From an uncultured Thiohalocapsa sp. (GTDB lineage: Bacteria > Pseudomonadota > Gammaproteobacteria > Chromatiales > Chromatiaceae): a DNA stretch of 64,000 bases. Under the pieces are notes generated by a model, which was given only the letters and a program-made list of their open reading frames with translations, had not been told where the DNA came from and searched no databases. Where the stretch lies: positions 2,320 through 66,319 of the forward strand of contig NZ_CAJXWY010000016.1 in the NCBI RefSeq assembly GCF_913062725.1, in the 5' to 3' direction. Below, piece by piece: positions 50,424 through 59,421 of the stretch; the stretch's first letter is position 1, and each line of letters opens with the position of its first letter. Position numbers and translations under genes: made by a program.

Positions 50424-50651
50424 TTACCCGATTGGGCGTGTTGATGCTTTGGCGATGCGTATGAGCGACAACAACGCCTCGTTGACGGCCTCCTCCGTCG
50501 GGAATACCTCAGCAACTTCGGGCCTTAGAAGCACGAGGTTGTTTGACTCCATATATGCTTCGTAGTGCTTGCCTCGAACACCGGTACCGAGATCCTCGCG
50601 TCGATACTCAGGGCGCATTTCGTCGTCGTCGTGGGCGTTATCCGTTTTCAT
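50424..50651 (-). CDS. Antitoxin partner of BrnT (BrnA-like)
   Basis: DEMRPEY..GVRGKHY..VLLRPEVAEVFPTEEAVNEALLSLIR; overlaps the brnT stop. Confidence 0.78.
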   Translation of the reverse strand: MKTDNAHDDDEMRPEYRREDLGTGVRGKHYEAYMESNNLVLLRPEVAEVFPTEEAVNEALLSLIRIAKASTRPIG

Positions 50652-50910
50652 ATATGTCACGCTCTTGGCGGCTCATCTTTCGCGCGCTAATGATTCTGGT
50701 CAAATCGCCCCGCTCGGTGTAGGAGACGATCAGAAATCGGTGCGCTCGCGATACGCCGAAGGTTAAGAAGCGCGCCTCCCCGGAGGAGTGGTCGGGATCA
50801 TCGAAGGTCAAAGCCATCGGATCTCCGAAGACCGTGCCAGCCTCGTGGAACGACACGCCGTGCTTCCGAAGATTAGCAGCGGCTTTGCTTGAATCCCAGT
50901 CGAGTTTCAC
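50638..50910 (-). CDS. brnT: BrnT family (DUF497) ribonuclease toxin
   Basis: WDSSKAAANLRKHGVSFHEAGTVFGDP..DHSSGEARFLTFG..TERGDLTRIISARK. Confidence 0.9.
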   Translation of the reverse strand: MKLDWDSSKAAANLRKHGVSFHEAGTVFGDPMALTFDDPDHSSGEARFLTFGVSRAHRFLIVSYTERGDLTRIISARKMSRQERDIYENG

Positions 50911-50941
50911 GTGACTTGATCAGAGGGCGGCTATCCTCGCC

Positions 50942-51019
50942 CAACAGGATCGGTTCGTGCCGTTGCCCGAGGCGCTGATCCCGGAGCTGAAGCAGTGCAA
51001 ATTGCCGGCGCAAGCTTGA
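50942..51019 (+). pseudogene. Short fragment of a tyrosine recombinase (possibly integron-type integrase)
   Basis: QQDRFVPLPEALIPELKQ resembles the (GKG)xKDRxVPLP motif; only about 18 informative residues. Confidence 0.4.
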
Positions 51020-51071
51020 GCGGGCTGGGTGGCGGCCGGCGCGGGCCCCACCCGTGGCCGGCGAGCCGCCC

Positions 51072-53000
51072 TCAGGCAGCCCGCGACTGCCCCAGCGGCG
51101 CGTTGGCGGCGACGGTGGGTGCGGCGTCGATGTACAGGCGGTGCCAGAGCTCCAGATTGATCAGGCCGACGATCATGGAGGTGTGGTCCTCGCTGCCGCG
51201 CGCGTGCTCGTCGAGCAGTCGGGCGACGAAGCCGGCATCGAAGAGCCCGCGGCGGGCGATGGTCTCGGGGCCGAGGAGATCGTGGGCGAAGTCACGTGCC
51301 GGGCCACGCAGCCAGACGCCGACCGGGACCGGAAAGCCTTCCTTCTTGCGGTGCAGGATGCTGTCCGGCAGCCATTTCGCGCACAGCTGCTTGAGCAGGT
51401 GCTTGCGTGTCCATCCCTTGAGCTTGAAGTGCGCCGGCAGGGAGGCGGCCAACTCCACCAACTGGTGATCCAGGAAGGGCACCCGCGCCTCCAGCGAACT
51501 GGCCATGCTCAGTTTGTCGCCCCGTGCGAGCAGGCAGTCGGGCAAATACACCTTGTTGTCGACATAGAGCATGCGGTGCAGGGCGCCGTCGGCGTCGGTG
51601 CGCGCCAGGTGCTCGTGGAACGCCGGGCCGGTGAGCTCACCGGCCACCAGATCCAGGAAGTCGGCGCTCAACAGGCCCGGCTTGCGACGGTCATCGAACA
51701 GCGGAAACCAGTTCCGCAGCCGTTGCGCCTCATCGCGGTAGCTGAGCGCCTGCAGCATCAGCTTCGGGCGCCGCAGCCCCGGCAGCAGGCGGCTGGCGGA
51801 TGCGCTCAGCCGGGTCAGGGCCGGCGGCAGGGCGTTGCACAGCGGCGCCAACCGCTCGCCGGCGTAGCGGCCGTAGCCGGCGAACAGCTCGTCGCCGCCC
51901 TCGCCGGTGAGCACCATCTTCACCTCCCGGCCGGCGGCCTCGCAGACGCGGTGATAGGCCACCAGGGCGGCGTCGGCGATGGGCTGGTCCAGATGCCAGA
52001 TGACCCGCTCGCTGAGGTCGACGAAGTCGTCGGCGCGCAGCATCACCTCCTGGTGGTCGGTACCGAACTGGCGCGCCACCTGGCGGGCATAGGGTAGCTC
52101 GCTGAAGCGCTCGGCGCCCTGATCGGCATAACCGACGGCGAAGGTCTTCACCGGTGCATCCAGGTACTCGGTCATCACCGCAACCACGGCGCTCGAGTCG
52201 ACGCCGCCGCTGAGGAAAGCACCGAAGGGGACGTCGCTCATCAGACGCAGGCGCACCGACTCGCGAAACAGGGGCTCCAAGGCCTCCAGCGCCGCCGCCT
52301 CGGTGGTCAGCTCGGGGTGCGCACGATAGGACAGATCCCAGTAGCGACGCAGGTGCAAGCCCTTGGCATCGACCGTCGCCGTGAAGCCGGGCGGGAGGGC
52401 ACGGATACCCTCGAACAGCGTCAGCGGCGCCGGGACATACCGTAACGACAAGTACTCGCTCATCGCCCGATAGTCGGGCTGGCGCGGCACCTTGGGGTCT
52501 TGCAGCAGCGACTTGATCTCGGAGCCGAACAGCAGCCGATCGCCGGTGTCGGCGTAGTACAGCGGCTTGATGCCCATGCGGTCGCGGGCCAGCAACAGGC
52601 GCTGGCGGCGCTGATCCCAGAGGGCGAAACCGAACATGCCACGCAGGTGCTGCACGCAGTCCTCGCCATGTTCTTCGTAGAGGTGGACGATGACCTCGCC
52701 GTCGCCCTCGCTGCGAAAGCGATGGCCGGCGGCGCGCAGGCGTCGGCGCAGTTCCCGGTAGTTGTAGATCTCGCCGTTGAAGACCAGGATCAGCGACCGG
52801 TCTTCATTGCTGATCGGCTGCTGCCCGGTGGCCAGGTCGATGATGCTGAGCCGGCGCATGCCGAGCGCCACCGGTCCCTGCAGGTAGCGACCATCATCAT
52901 CGGGGCCGCGGTGGCCGATGGCCTGCAGCATGGCATCGAGGATGCCGGGATCAGCGGCGGTGGGGGTTGCATAATGAACGCTGCCACAAATGCCACACAT
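51072..53000 (-). CDS. asnB: AsnB-like glutamine amidotransferase (EPS-associated asparagine synthase family)
   Basis: MCGICG; HRGPDD; RRLSIID; FNGEIYNY; ARDRMGIKPLYY; FLSGGVDSS; TGEGGDELFAGY; LEARVPFLDH. Confidence 0.93.
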   Translation of the reverse strand: MCGICGSVHYATPTAADPGILDAMLQAIGHRGPDDDGRYLQGPVALGMRRLSIIDLATGQQPISNEDRSLILVFNGEIYNYRELRRRLRAAGHRFRSEGDGEVIVHLYEEHGEDCVQHLRGMFGFALWDQRRQRLLLARDRMGIKPLYYADTGDRLLFGSEIKSLLQDPKVPRQPDYRAMSEYLSLRYVPAPLTLFEGIRALPPGFTATVDAKGLHLRRYWDLSYRAHPELTTEAAALEALEPLFRESVRLRLMSDVPFGAFLSGGVDSSAVVAVMTEYLDAPVKTFAVGYADQGAERFSELPYARQVARQFGTDHQEVMLRADDFVDLSERVIWHLDQPIADAALVAYHRVCEAAGREVKMVLTGEGGDELFAGYGRYAGERLAPLCNALPPALTRLSASASRLLPGLRRPKLMLQALSYRDEAQRLRNWFPLFDDRRKPGLLSADFLDLVAGELTGPAFHEHLARTDADGALHRMLYVDNKVYLPDCLLARGDKLSMASSLEARVPFLDHQLVELAASLPAHFKLKGWTRKHLLKQLCAKWLPDSILHRKKEGFPVPVGVWLRGPARDFAHDLLGPETIARRGLFDAGFVARLLDEHARGSEDHTSMIVGLINLELWHRLYIDAAPTVAANAPLGQSRAA

Positions 53001-53022
53001 GGGATGAACGTCTCCTGCGCTG

Positions 53023-53054
53023 CTGGGGTCGCTGCAAACTGGGGTCGCTGCAAA
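53023..53054. repeat. Perfect 16-bp tandem duplication upstream of asnB
   Basis: CTGGGGTCGCTGCAAA x2. Confidence 0.9.
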
Positions 53055-53096
53055 ACTGTCGTGATCGGGTCCGCGCGCGCCGGCGCGATCCGCGCC

Positions 53097-54398
53097 TTAG
53101 TCCGGCGGTGTCGCGGCGGGTTGTGGGGTGGTCTGTGACGCTCGGGCGGCGCCGGTCTGGCTCAGGCTCGGATCGCCGGCGCCGAGAGGCGTGCCGAGAT
53201 GGCTGCGCAAGGCGTCGCTCAGGCGTTTGGCGGAGGCCGCCCAGGTCCATGCGTTGGCGTCCCCGGCGGCTTGGGCGCCGAGCCGCCGCAAGCCGCTGCG
53301 GGTCTGCCAGATCCGCTCCAGGGCACGGGTCAGATCCGCGACGCTGTTGCTCTCGGCCCAGTAGACGAAGGGGCGCGCGCCGAGCACGTCGGTGTGACAA
53401 CGGATGCGTGTGGCCAGGATCGGCAGCCCGGCGGCGGCGTATTCGAATAACTTGATCGGGCTGCTGACCCGGAACTTTTGTTCGTCCGGAAACGGCAGCG
53501 CACCCAGGTGCGCCTGCTGCAGTAGTTGCGGCACGCGTGCGTGCGCCACCGGCGGCAGGACCCGAATGGTGCCATCGGAATGGGCCGCGATCCGTGCCAG
53601 CTCATCGCGTGCCGAGCCGTCACCGACCAGCGTCAGATGAAAGCGCACCCCCGCCGCATTCGCACGCAGCACCGCGGCGCACAGACTTTGCAGACAGCGC
53701 TCCGTATGCAGCACTCCCACATAACAGAGCATCACCGGCGCCTCCCCCTGCGGCCACCGGCGGGCGTGCGCTGCCACGGCGAAATCCGCCGCCGACACCG
53801 CCGACGGCCAGATGCCCCACAGCTTGTGGGCTGGCACCTGGCATGCCTCCGCCATGGCGGGTGTGATGCAAAGGCGCCCGTCCGCCAGCCTGTTGCCCAG
53901 TCGCCGCATCACATGGAGGTAACCCGCGCGCAGGCGGGCCTTGAGCGAGAGGCCACGCGCCGGCGCCATGAACAGGGTGCGGGTGTCCATCACCAGCCGC
54001 GGCCGCCGTCGTCCGAGCAGCCGCAGTGGCAGCAGCCAGAGTGCCGACATCTCGTGAAAGAGCACCGCATCGAGGGCCTTGCGCCTGGCCAGGATCAGGG
54101 CAAGCGCCCGCAGGTGAAACAGGGTCTGCCCCAGAAACCACAACCGCGGTGCCGCAATGGCGTCGATCGCCACATCATCGATCTGGTCGGGACCGGCCAG
54201 TGCCGGGTCCGGCGTGGCGGTGACGAGCGTCACCGCCCAGCCGAGCCGGCGCAAGCAGTGGGTCGCCTGCAGCCAGGTGGCCGCATCCAGATCGCTGCGC
54301 AGATCCCCGCTGTAGATCCAGACGAGCCGACCGGCGGCTCGGGTAGGGTGCGTGTGGATGGTTGGGCCCATAGCAGGATCGGGTCGAGTCTTGTTCAT
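53097..54398 (-). CDS. Glycosyltransferase family 4
   Basis: MDTRT; YVGVLHTER; SSPIKLFEYAAAGLPILAT. Confidence 0.88.
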   Translation of the reverse strand: MNKTRPDPAMGPTIHTHPTRAAGRLVWIYSGDLRSDLDAATWLQATHCLRRLGWAVTLVTATPDPALAGPDQIDDVAIDAIAAPRLWFLGQTLFHLRALALILARRKALDAVLFHEMSALWLLPLRLLGRRRPRLVMDTRTLFMAPARGLSLKARLRAGYLHVMRRLGNRLADGRLCITPAMAEACQVPAHKLWGIWPSAVSAADFAVAAHARRWPQGEAPVMLCYVGVLHTERCLQSLCAAVLRANAAGVRFHLTLVGDGSARDELARIAAHSDGTIRVLPPVAHARVPQLLQQAHLGALPFPDEQKFRVSSPIKLFEYAAAGLPILATRIRCHTDVLGARPFVYWAESNSVADLTRALERIWQTRSGLRRLGAQAAGDANAWTWAASAKRLSDALRSHLGTPLGAGDPSLSQTGAARASQTTPQPAATPPD

Positions 54399-55381
54399 GC
54401 CGGGTTGTGCCTCTGCAGCGCCAGGGTCGTGAGCTCGTCCATGGTGATGCTGCGCAACTGGCCTCGCTGCATGTGGTGGGCGGCGATGCCGAAGAGTTGT
54501 TGCAGCTTGTCCCGATCGGCCTCGGTGCGCAGCTCCCAGGGGTGCGCCCACAGATGCACCACACCACCATGAGCGGCGGCGTGCTCAATGGCTTGTCCGA
54601 TGCGGCGGAACCGCAGCTGGGACAGGCCTCGTACGTCGAGCGCCTGCTCCAGCGTGCGCGGAAAGTCGAACAGGTGGGCGCTGGCCGGTATCCGCAGCAG
54701 GCCGTGCTCGGGGCGCAGAGCGTCCAGTGTGAACACCTCGAGCCGGCTCAGGGCCAGCACGTCGTCGGTACACTTCAAGGCCGGGCCGAAGCGACGCAGA
54801 TGCCAGCGCGGGCTGCGATCCGGGCTGCGAAAGCAGCGAAATCCGGCGGCGGCGAAGGCGTCCAGATGCGCTGCCCGGTTGCGCGGGAAGACGATGCTCC
54901 GTGGGCGGATGCCAAAGCGTGCGCCGAGCGCCAGCCAGGCATCGATCTCGCGCCGGGCAGCGTCGCCGTCCATGTGCGGGAAGGGCCGATGCGTGAAGCC
55001 GTGGAAGGCGATTTCATGGTGATCGCCGGCGCCGAGCAAGCGGTCACGCACATCTGGTGCGTACCAGAGCGCCGGTGCCGGTCGGGCCGGCGCGTACACC
55101 TCGCTGAAGCCGCGATGACTGCGTTGCCAAGCCGCCACCGGGCAGGGCTGGCAGTCCTCGCAGCGGTCGAACAACAGATGCCCCACCAGGGCCCAGGTGG
55201 CACGGATGCCGTGGCCGTCGCACAAGTCGAGCAGCCAGGTGATGGCACGCCGTTCCCGACTGCCGTCGGCCGAGAACAGCCGCGCGCGCATGGCATCGAG
55301 GTCGTAGTAGCCCCAGGCCAGCTCGGTGTCCAGCGAGAACACCAGGTAGCCCGGTTGTTTGGTTGCGGTCGCCGTCACCAT
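54395..55381 (-). CDS. Polysaccharide deacetylase family protein (paralog of 47273-48277)
   Basis: SLDTEL; RATWALVG; EIAFHGFTH; VFPRN; HLWAHPWEL. Confidence 0.85.
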   Translation of the reverse strand: MVTATATKQPGYLVFSLDTELAWGYYDLDAMRARLFSADGSRERRAITWLLDLCDGHGIRATWALVGHLLFDRCEDCQPCPVAAWQRSHRGFSEVYAPARPAPALWYAPDVRDRLLGAGDHHEIAFHGFTHRPFPHMDGDAARREIDAWLALGARFGIRPRSIVFPRNRAAHLDAFAAAGFRCFRSPDRSPRWHLRRFGPALKCTDDVLALSRLEVFTLDALRPEHGLLRIPASAHLFDFPRTLEQALDVRGLSQLRFRRIGQAIEHAAAHGGVVHLWAHPWELRTEADRDKLQQLFGIAAHHMQRGQLRSITMDELTTLALQRHNPA

Positions 55382-56268
55382 TATCGTATTCCAGCACTTC
55401 CCGTGCCCAGGCCAAGTCTTGCGGCGAAGATGTCACCAATCGTCTTTGCGAAGACGAGCGGTCCGAAGCACAAGGCGCGGCTGATTGCAGCCATCGCCGG
55501 CAGCGGAGCGCCACTGGCGAAGAAGCCTTTGCCGAGACGCAAATAGGCGTGGGTCTTGCCCTCACGGTCGAGCCACCACATGCGCGGTAGATGCCTGTCC
55601 AGGATGCGCTGATGCACGGCAAGAATTTTTGCGCGCGATTGTGTATTGGTAAGCGTTTGCGCATGCTGACGATAGAATGCGAGGTCGCAGTGCACGGGGG
55701 CCAGGCGAAAGCGCATGAATGCCCTGATCCAGAAGTCAAGGTCCTCTGCCAGAAAGAACTCTTCGCTGAAGCCGGTGCTCGCAAAAGCATGGTATCTGGC
55801 AAGGTAGCAGATCCCCACTGGCTTGCGGATGCCTAATTCCTCAGGTTGGCCAACGCGAACTCTTTCGCCGACGGAGCCGTCTGCGTACAGGAGTGAATAA
55901 TCCGAATAGACGATATCGATGTCGGGATGACTCGACAGGAAGTCGAGCAGACACTCGAGGGCGCGTGGCCGGAACAAATCATCATCGGAAAGCCAGGTGA
56001 GAAACGCGCCCCGGGCTTGCGCGATGCCGCTGTTCAACGCCGCCGGCAAGCGGCGCTTGGCGGGGTGGCGCAGGCATCGGATGCGCTCATCGCTGGCGAC
56101 ATACTCGGCAATGACCGCAGGACTCTCGTTGGTGGAGCCGTCATCGACGATGATGAGCTCCCATCCCCGGTGGGTCTGCTCGAGACAGCTTGTGATTGCC
56201 GCATGCAGAAAGCCCGTATTGGCGTTATGCGTCGGCATGATGATCGAAACGCTGGGCTTGTCGTTCAT
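55381..56268 (-). CDS. Glycosyltransferase family 2
   Basis: SIIMPTHN; IIVDDGSTN; ALNSGIAQARG; WLSDDD; EDLDFW. Confidence 0.92.
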   Translation of the reverse strand: MNDKPSVSIIMPTHNANTGFLHAAITSCLEQTHRGWELIIVDDGSTNESPAVIAEYVASDERIRCLRHPAKRRLPAALNSGIAQARGAFLTWLSDDDLFRPRALECLLDFLSSHPDIDIVYSDYSLLYADGSVGERVRVGQPEELGIRKPVGICYLARYHAFASTGFSEEFFLAEDLDFWIRAFMRFRLAPVHCDLAFYRQHAQTLTNTQSRAKILAVHQRILDRHLPRMWWLDREGKTHAYLRLGKGFFASGAPLPAMAAISRALCFGPLVFAKTIGDIFAARLGLGTGSAGIR

Positions 56269-57818
56269 GGCTCACCGGTCCGTTGTAGGGGCGCTGGCTC
56301 GGTCATATCGGTCGTCGTCGCGAAGGGCTCCGCCAATTGTGTTTCGCTGGTGAGCTGCTTGCGCCCGCGGTGCGGTGCCAGCCGCCGAGAGAGTAGCCCG
56401 AAGGCGGCGGCGAGCTCGTGGCGTCTGACGACTGACCCGATGACGGCCACCGGGAGATAGGCCAGTATCAGCAGCACCTGAAAGGCAGGGGGGAGGGTGC
56501 TGCTCATCGTCAGGGCGGCGGCGATGAGGCCTGCGATCAGCATGGGCTTGCCAAAGGCGAAGCTGTCGACCGCGAGCGCGCGACGGCGCAGGAAATAGAC
56601 ATTGATCGGCAGCACGGCGGCCGCTGCGACGAGGGCGGCGAGCGCCGCACCGGCGATACCGAGCGGCGGAATCCAGAAGAAATAGGCGGTCAGTTGCAGG
56701 CCGGTGCGCACGATATTGATGAGCAGCGGCTTATCGGAGTCGCCGAGCGCCGCCAGGGTCGAGCCCAGGGTGGTTTCGATCATGAGCAGGCTGGCGACCA
56801 CCATGAGCAGGGTAAAGGTCGTTGCGCTTGGCAGATAGGTCTCCGAGAACAACAGCACGATGATCTCATCGGCGAAGACGAAAGCGATCAGACACGCGAG
56901 GCCCAGGGCAAAGGCGCCAAAGCGGGTGGAATTGTTGAGCAGTGTCGACACCTGCCCGAGTGCATCGTCGGCGATGCCGCGCACGACGAAGGGGAAGTAC
57001 ACCTGCCGAAAGGCATCGTAGAGCTGCATCAGGCTGTCGGGGATACGCCGGGCGACTTCGTAGTAGGCCACTGCGGTGGTGCCGAGCATGCCGCCGATGA
57101 GCAGCGTGTCGGCGCGCACCGACAGGAACGCCAGGAAATAATTGGCATACAGCGGCAGGGCGTAGCGCAGCATGCGTCGGAGCAGACCGGCGTCGAACAA
57201 CAGGCCCAGCGGCAGCGGTCTGGCCCACCAGGCGTAGCCGAGTGCCAGCACCCGTGATGCGAGCTTGGCGTAGAGGAGCCCCATCAGGCCCGTCTCCAGC
57301 ACCAGCACGAAACCGAGAATGCTGGCGAAGTTGACCAAACTACTGAGTGCGTTGGCGGTGCCGATGGCATTGAATGCGAACTGCGTCTGCAGATAGGTGA
57401 GCACCAGCTTCAAGACCGCTTCGAGGATGAACCAGGCCAGCAGCAGGGCGATCAGCGTCGGGGTTGGCGCCAGCGCGAGCCGGGCCAGCACCGACGGCAT
57501 CACCAACGCCAGCACGAGCACGCCAACGGCGACGGTGAGCAGGCGAAAGAGCAGGGCGGTGTTCAGCGTCAGCCTGCGTTCCTGCGGCGCGTCCATGCCC
57601 GGCAGCCAGCGCTCCAGCGCCAGGTGAATGCCAAACGAACTGCCCTCGGCGGCGAACAGCACCAGCACCTGGAGCAGGAAGAAGGCGCCGAGCTCGTCGG
57701 TCGTGAGCAGGCGTGCGCTCAGCATCAGGCCAAACATGCCGAGCAGCACGACGGACGCACTGCCGATGCCGGTGGCGAGCATGCCGGTGAGAAAACGTTT
57801 GAGGATGGGCTCGGCCAT
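56265..57818 (-). CDS. wzx: Wzx-type polysaccharide flippase
   Basis: About 12-14 TM; RMLRYALPLY; DTLLIGGMLGTTAVAYY; PPLGIAGAALA. Confidence 0.85.
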   Translation of the reverse strand: MAEPILKRFLTGMLATGIGSASVVLLGMFGLMLSARLLTTDELGAFFLLQVLVLFAAEGSSFGIHLALERWLPGMDAPQERRLTLNTALLFRLLTVAVGVLVLALVMPSVLARLALAPTPTLIALLLAWFILEAVLKLVLTYLQTQFAFNAIGTANALSSLVNFASILGFVLVLETGLMGLLYAKLASRVLALGYAWWARPLPLGLLFDAGLLRRMLRYALPLYANYFLAFLSVRADTLLIGGMLGTTAVAYYEVARRIPDSLMQLYDAFRQVYFPFVVRGIADDALGQVSTLLNNSTRFGAFALGLACLIAFVFADEIIVLLFSETYLPSATTFTLLMVVASLLMIETTLGSTLAALGDSDKPLLINIVRTGLQLTAYFFWIPPLGIAGAALAALVAAAAVLPINVYFLRRRALAVDSFAFGKPMLIAGLIAAALTMSSTLPPAFQVLLILAYLPVAVIGSVVRRHELAAAFGLLSRRLAPHRGRKQLTSETQLAEPFATTTDMTEPAPLQRTGEP

Positions 57819-57825
57819 GTCGGGG

Positions 57826-59421
57826 TCAGCGCCTCGGGTTGGCCGCGAGCGTGGTGGCCATGGGCCCCACCGTCCCCGGCAGCGATGGCAGGGATGGGCC
57901 GTGCCACCAGTGCACGCTCGCGAGCATGATGGCGATGACCGGCGTCCAGGACCAGATGAAGATGTAGGGCTCGAGCAGCAGCGCCGGCAGCAGGGCGGCG
58001 AAGGCGACGGTGCTGCCCAGCACCTGTACCGTCGCCGCCGGGTCTGGCGCCGCCGTGCCCGGCACGGCGCCGGCCCGTCGCAGCCGTGCGGATGCCTCGA
58101 ATCCGCCGCGCAGTGTGCCGACGCCGATCCAGACGAAGGCGATCGCCCCCACCAGGCCAAGCTTGAACAGCACCGAGACATAGGCGTTGTGGATGTAGCT
58201 CGGCGCCACACAATCGCGGCTGTCGAGCGTCAGGCAGGGGCGGTAGGCGGCCCCCAGGCCGTGACCGATCAAGGGCGGCGGCAGCACCTGCGGCAGGGCG
58301 TATTCGATCTCGATGAACCGCTGCTCGAGGGTCTGCTTGTTGCTGTCGCCGCGCTGGTAACTGTCGAGGTCGAACATGCTGGCGATGCGGGTGCCGGTGG
58401 CCTGCAGCGAGCGGCTGAGCTCGCTCTTCGGCGCCATGGTGAGGAGGCCGGCGACGCTCAGCGCCAGCAGGGTCGCGGCGAGCAGCCCGGCGCGCAGCAG
58501 GCGGGCGCGCTGGATGGGTGTGATCAGCGGCAGCGCCGCGAGCACAGCCAGCGCCGCGCTGCCCCAGAGCGCGCGTCGGTAGGTCAGCAGCAGACCCACC
58601 GCCAGCAGCCCCATCACCAGCGCACGGCGCAGCCGCCTGAGCGCCTGCTCATCGCTGGCATAGGCGAGCACGGCGACGATCAGCAGCAGGTACAGCAGCG
58701 ATTCCCCCGGCGGGATGACCCGGGCGACGTCGTACACCGCCAGTCCCTGGGTGCTGAGGGCCTCGACGCGGCCGGGGATGATCGGCACCGACGGGCCCAG
58801 CACCGCCTGCAGGATGGCGGCGATGGCGGTGAGCACGGCGAGCAGCATGACCCCGCCCCAGAGCCGCCGCATCTGCGCCGGCGTGTGCAGCAGATTGGTG
58901 ATGACGAAATAGAGCACCAGATAGCCGGCGCCGCGCAGTTCGCGGATGCCCGCGTCGAAGGCGATGTCGCCACTGCCAACGCCCCGCAGGGTCGCGGCGA
59001 TGCCGACGCCCACGAACAGCGCCACCGGTACATCCAACGCGGTGCGGCGAAAGCGCAGCTGGGGCTGCAGCAAGAGCCGCAGCACCAGCAGCGCGAACAA
59101 CCAGAGCACGATGAGGTCGGACAAGTGCAGGCTGCCGACGCCGATGGGCAGGGGTGGCAGCACCTCTTCGCTGAGGATGGTCGAAGTGTAGAGCAGCACC
59201 AGCAGCACACCGAGCTCCGGCCAGCGCGTGATCAGCCACAGCCCCAGTACGACGATCGGCGCGAGCAGCAACACCGGCGGCGGCGCCGTCAGCGCCAGCA
59301 GCCCGAGGATGGCACCGCTGGCGGTCATCGCCAGCAGCACCGGCAGCGGCATGACGGCGCGCGCGCTCGCCCGGTCGAGCACGCGGCCCATGCCCGTGCG
59401 GATGGCAGTCACGTTGTCCAT
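57826..59421 (-). CDS. O-antigen ligase / Wzy polymerase family membrane protein
   Basis: Multi-TM; LLLTYRRALW; large periplasmic loop with GHGLG..YIHNAY. Confidence 0.8.
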   Translation of the reverse strand: MDNVTAIRTGMGRVLDRASARAVMPLPVLLAMTASGAILGLLALTAPPPVLLLAPIVVLGLWLITRWPELGVLLVLLYTSTILSEEVLPPLPIGVGSLHLSDLIVLWLFALLVLRLLLQPQLRFRRTALDVPVALFVGVGIAATLRGVGSGDIAFDAGIRELRGAGYLVLYFVITNLLHTPAQMRRLWGGVMLLAVLTAIAAILQAVLGPSVPIIPGRVEALSTQGLAVYDVARVIPPGESLLYLLLIVAVLAYASDEQALRRLRRALVMGLLAVGLLLTYRRALWGSAALAVLAALPLITPIQRARLLRAGLLAATLLALSVAGLLTMAPKSELSRSLQATGTRIASMFDLDSYQRGDSNKQTLEQRFIEIEYALPQVLPPPLIGHGLGAAYRPCLTLDSRDCVAPSYIHNAYVSVLFKLGLVGAIAFVWIGVGTLRGGFEASARLRRAGAVPGTAAPDPAATVQVLGSTVAFAALLPALLLEPYIFIWSWTPVIAIMLASVHWWHGPSLPSLPGTVGPMATTLAANPRR

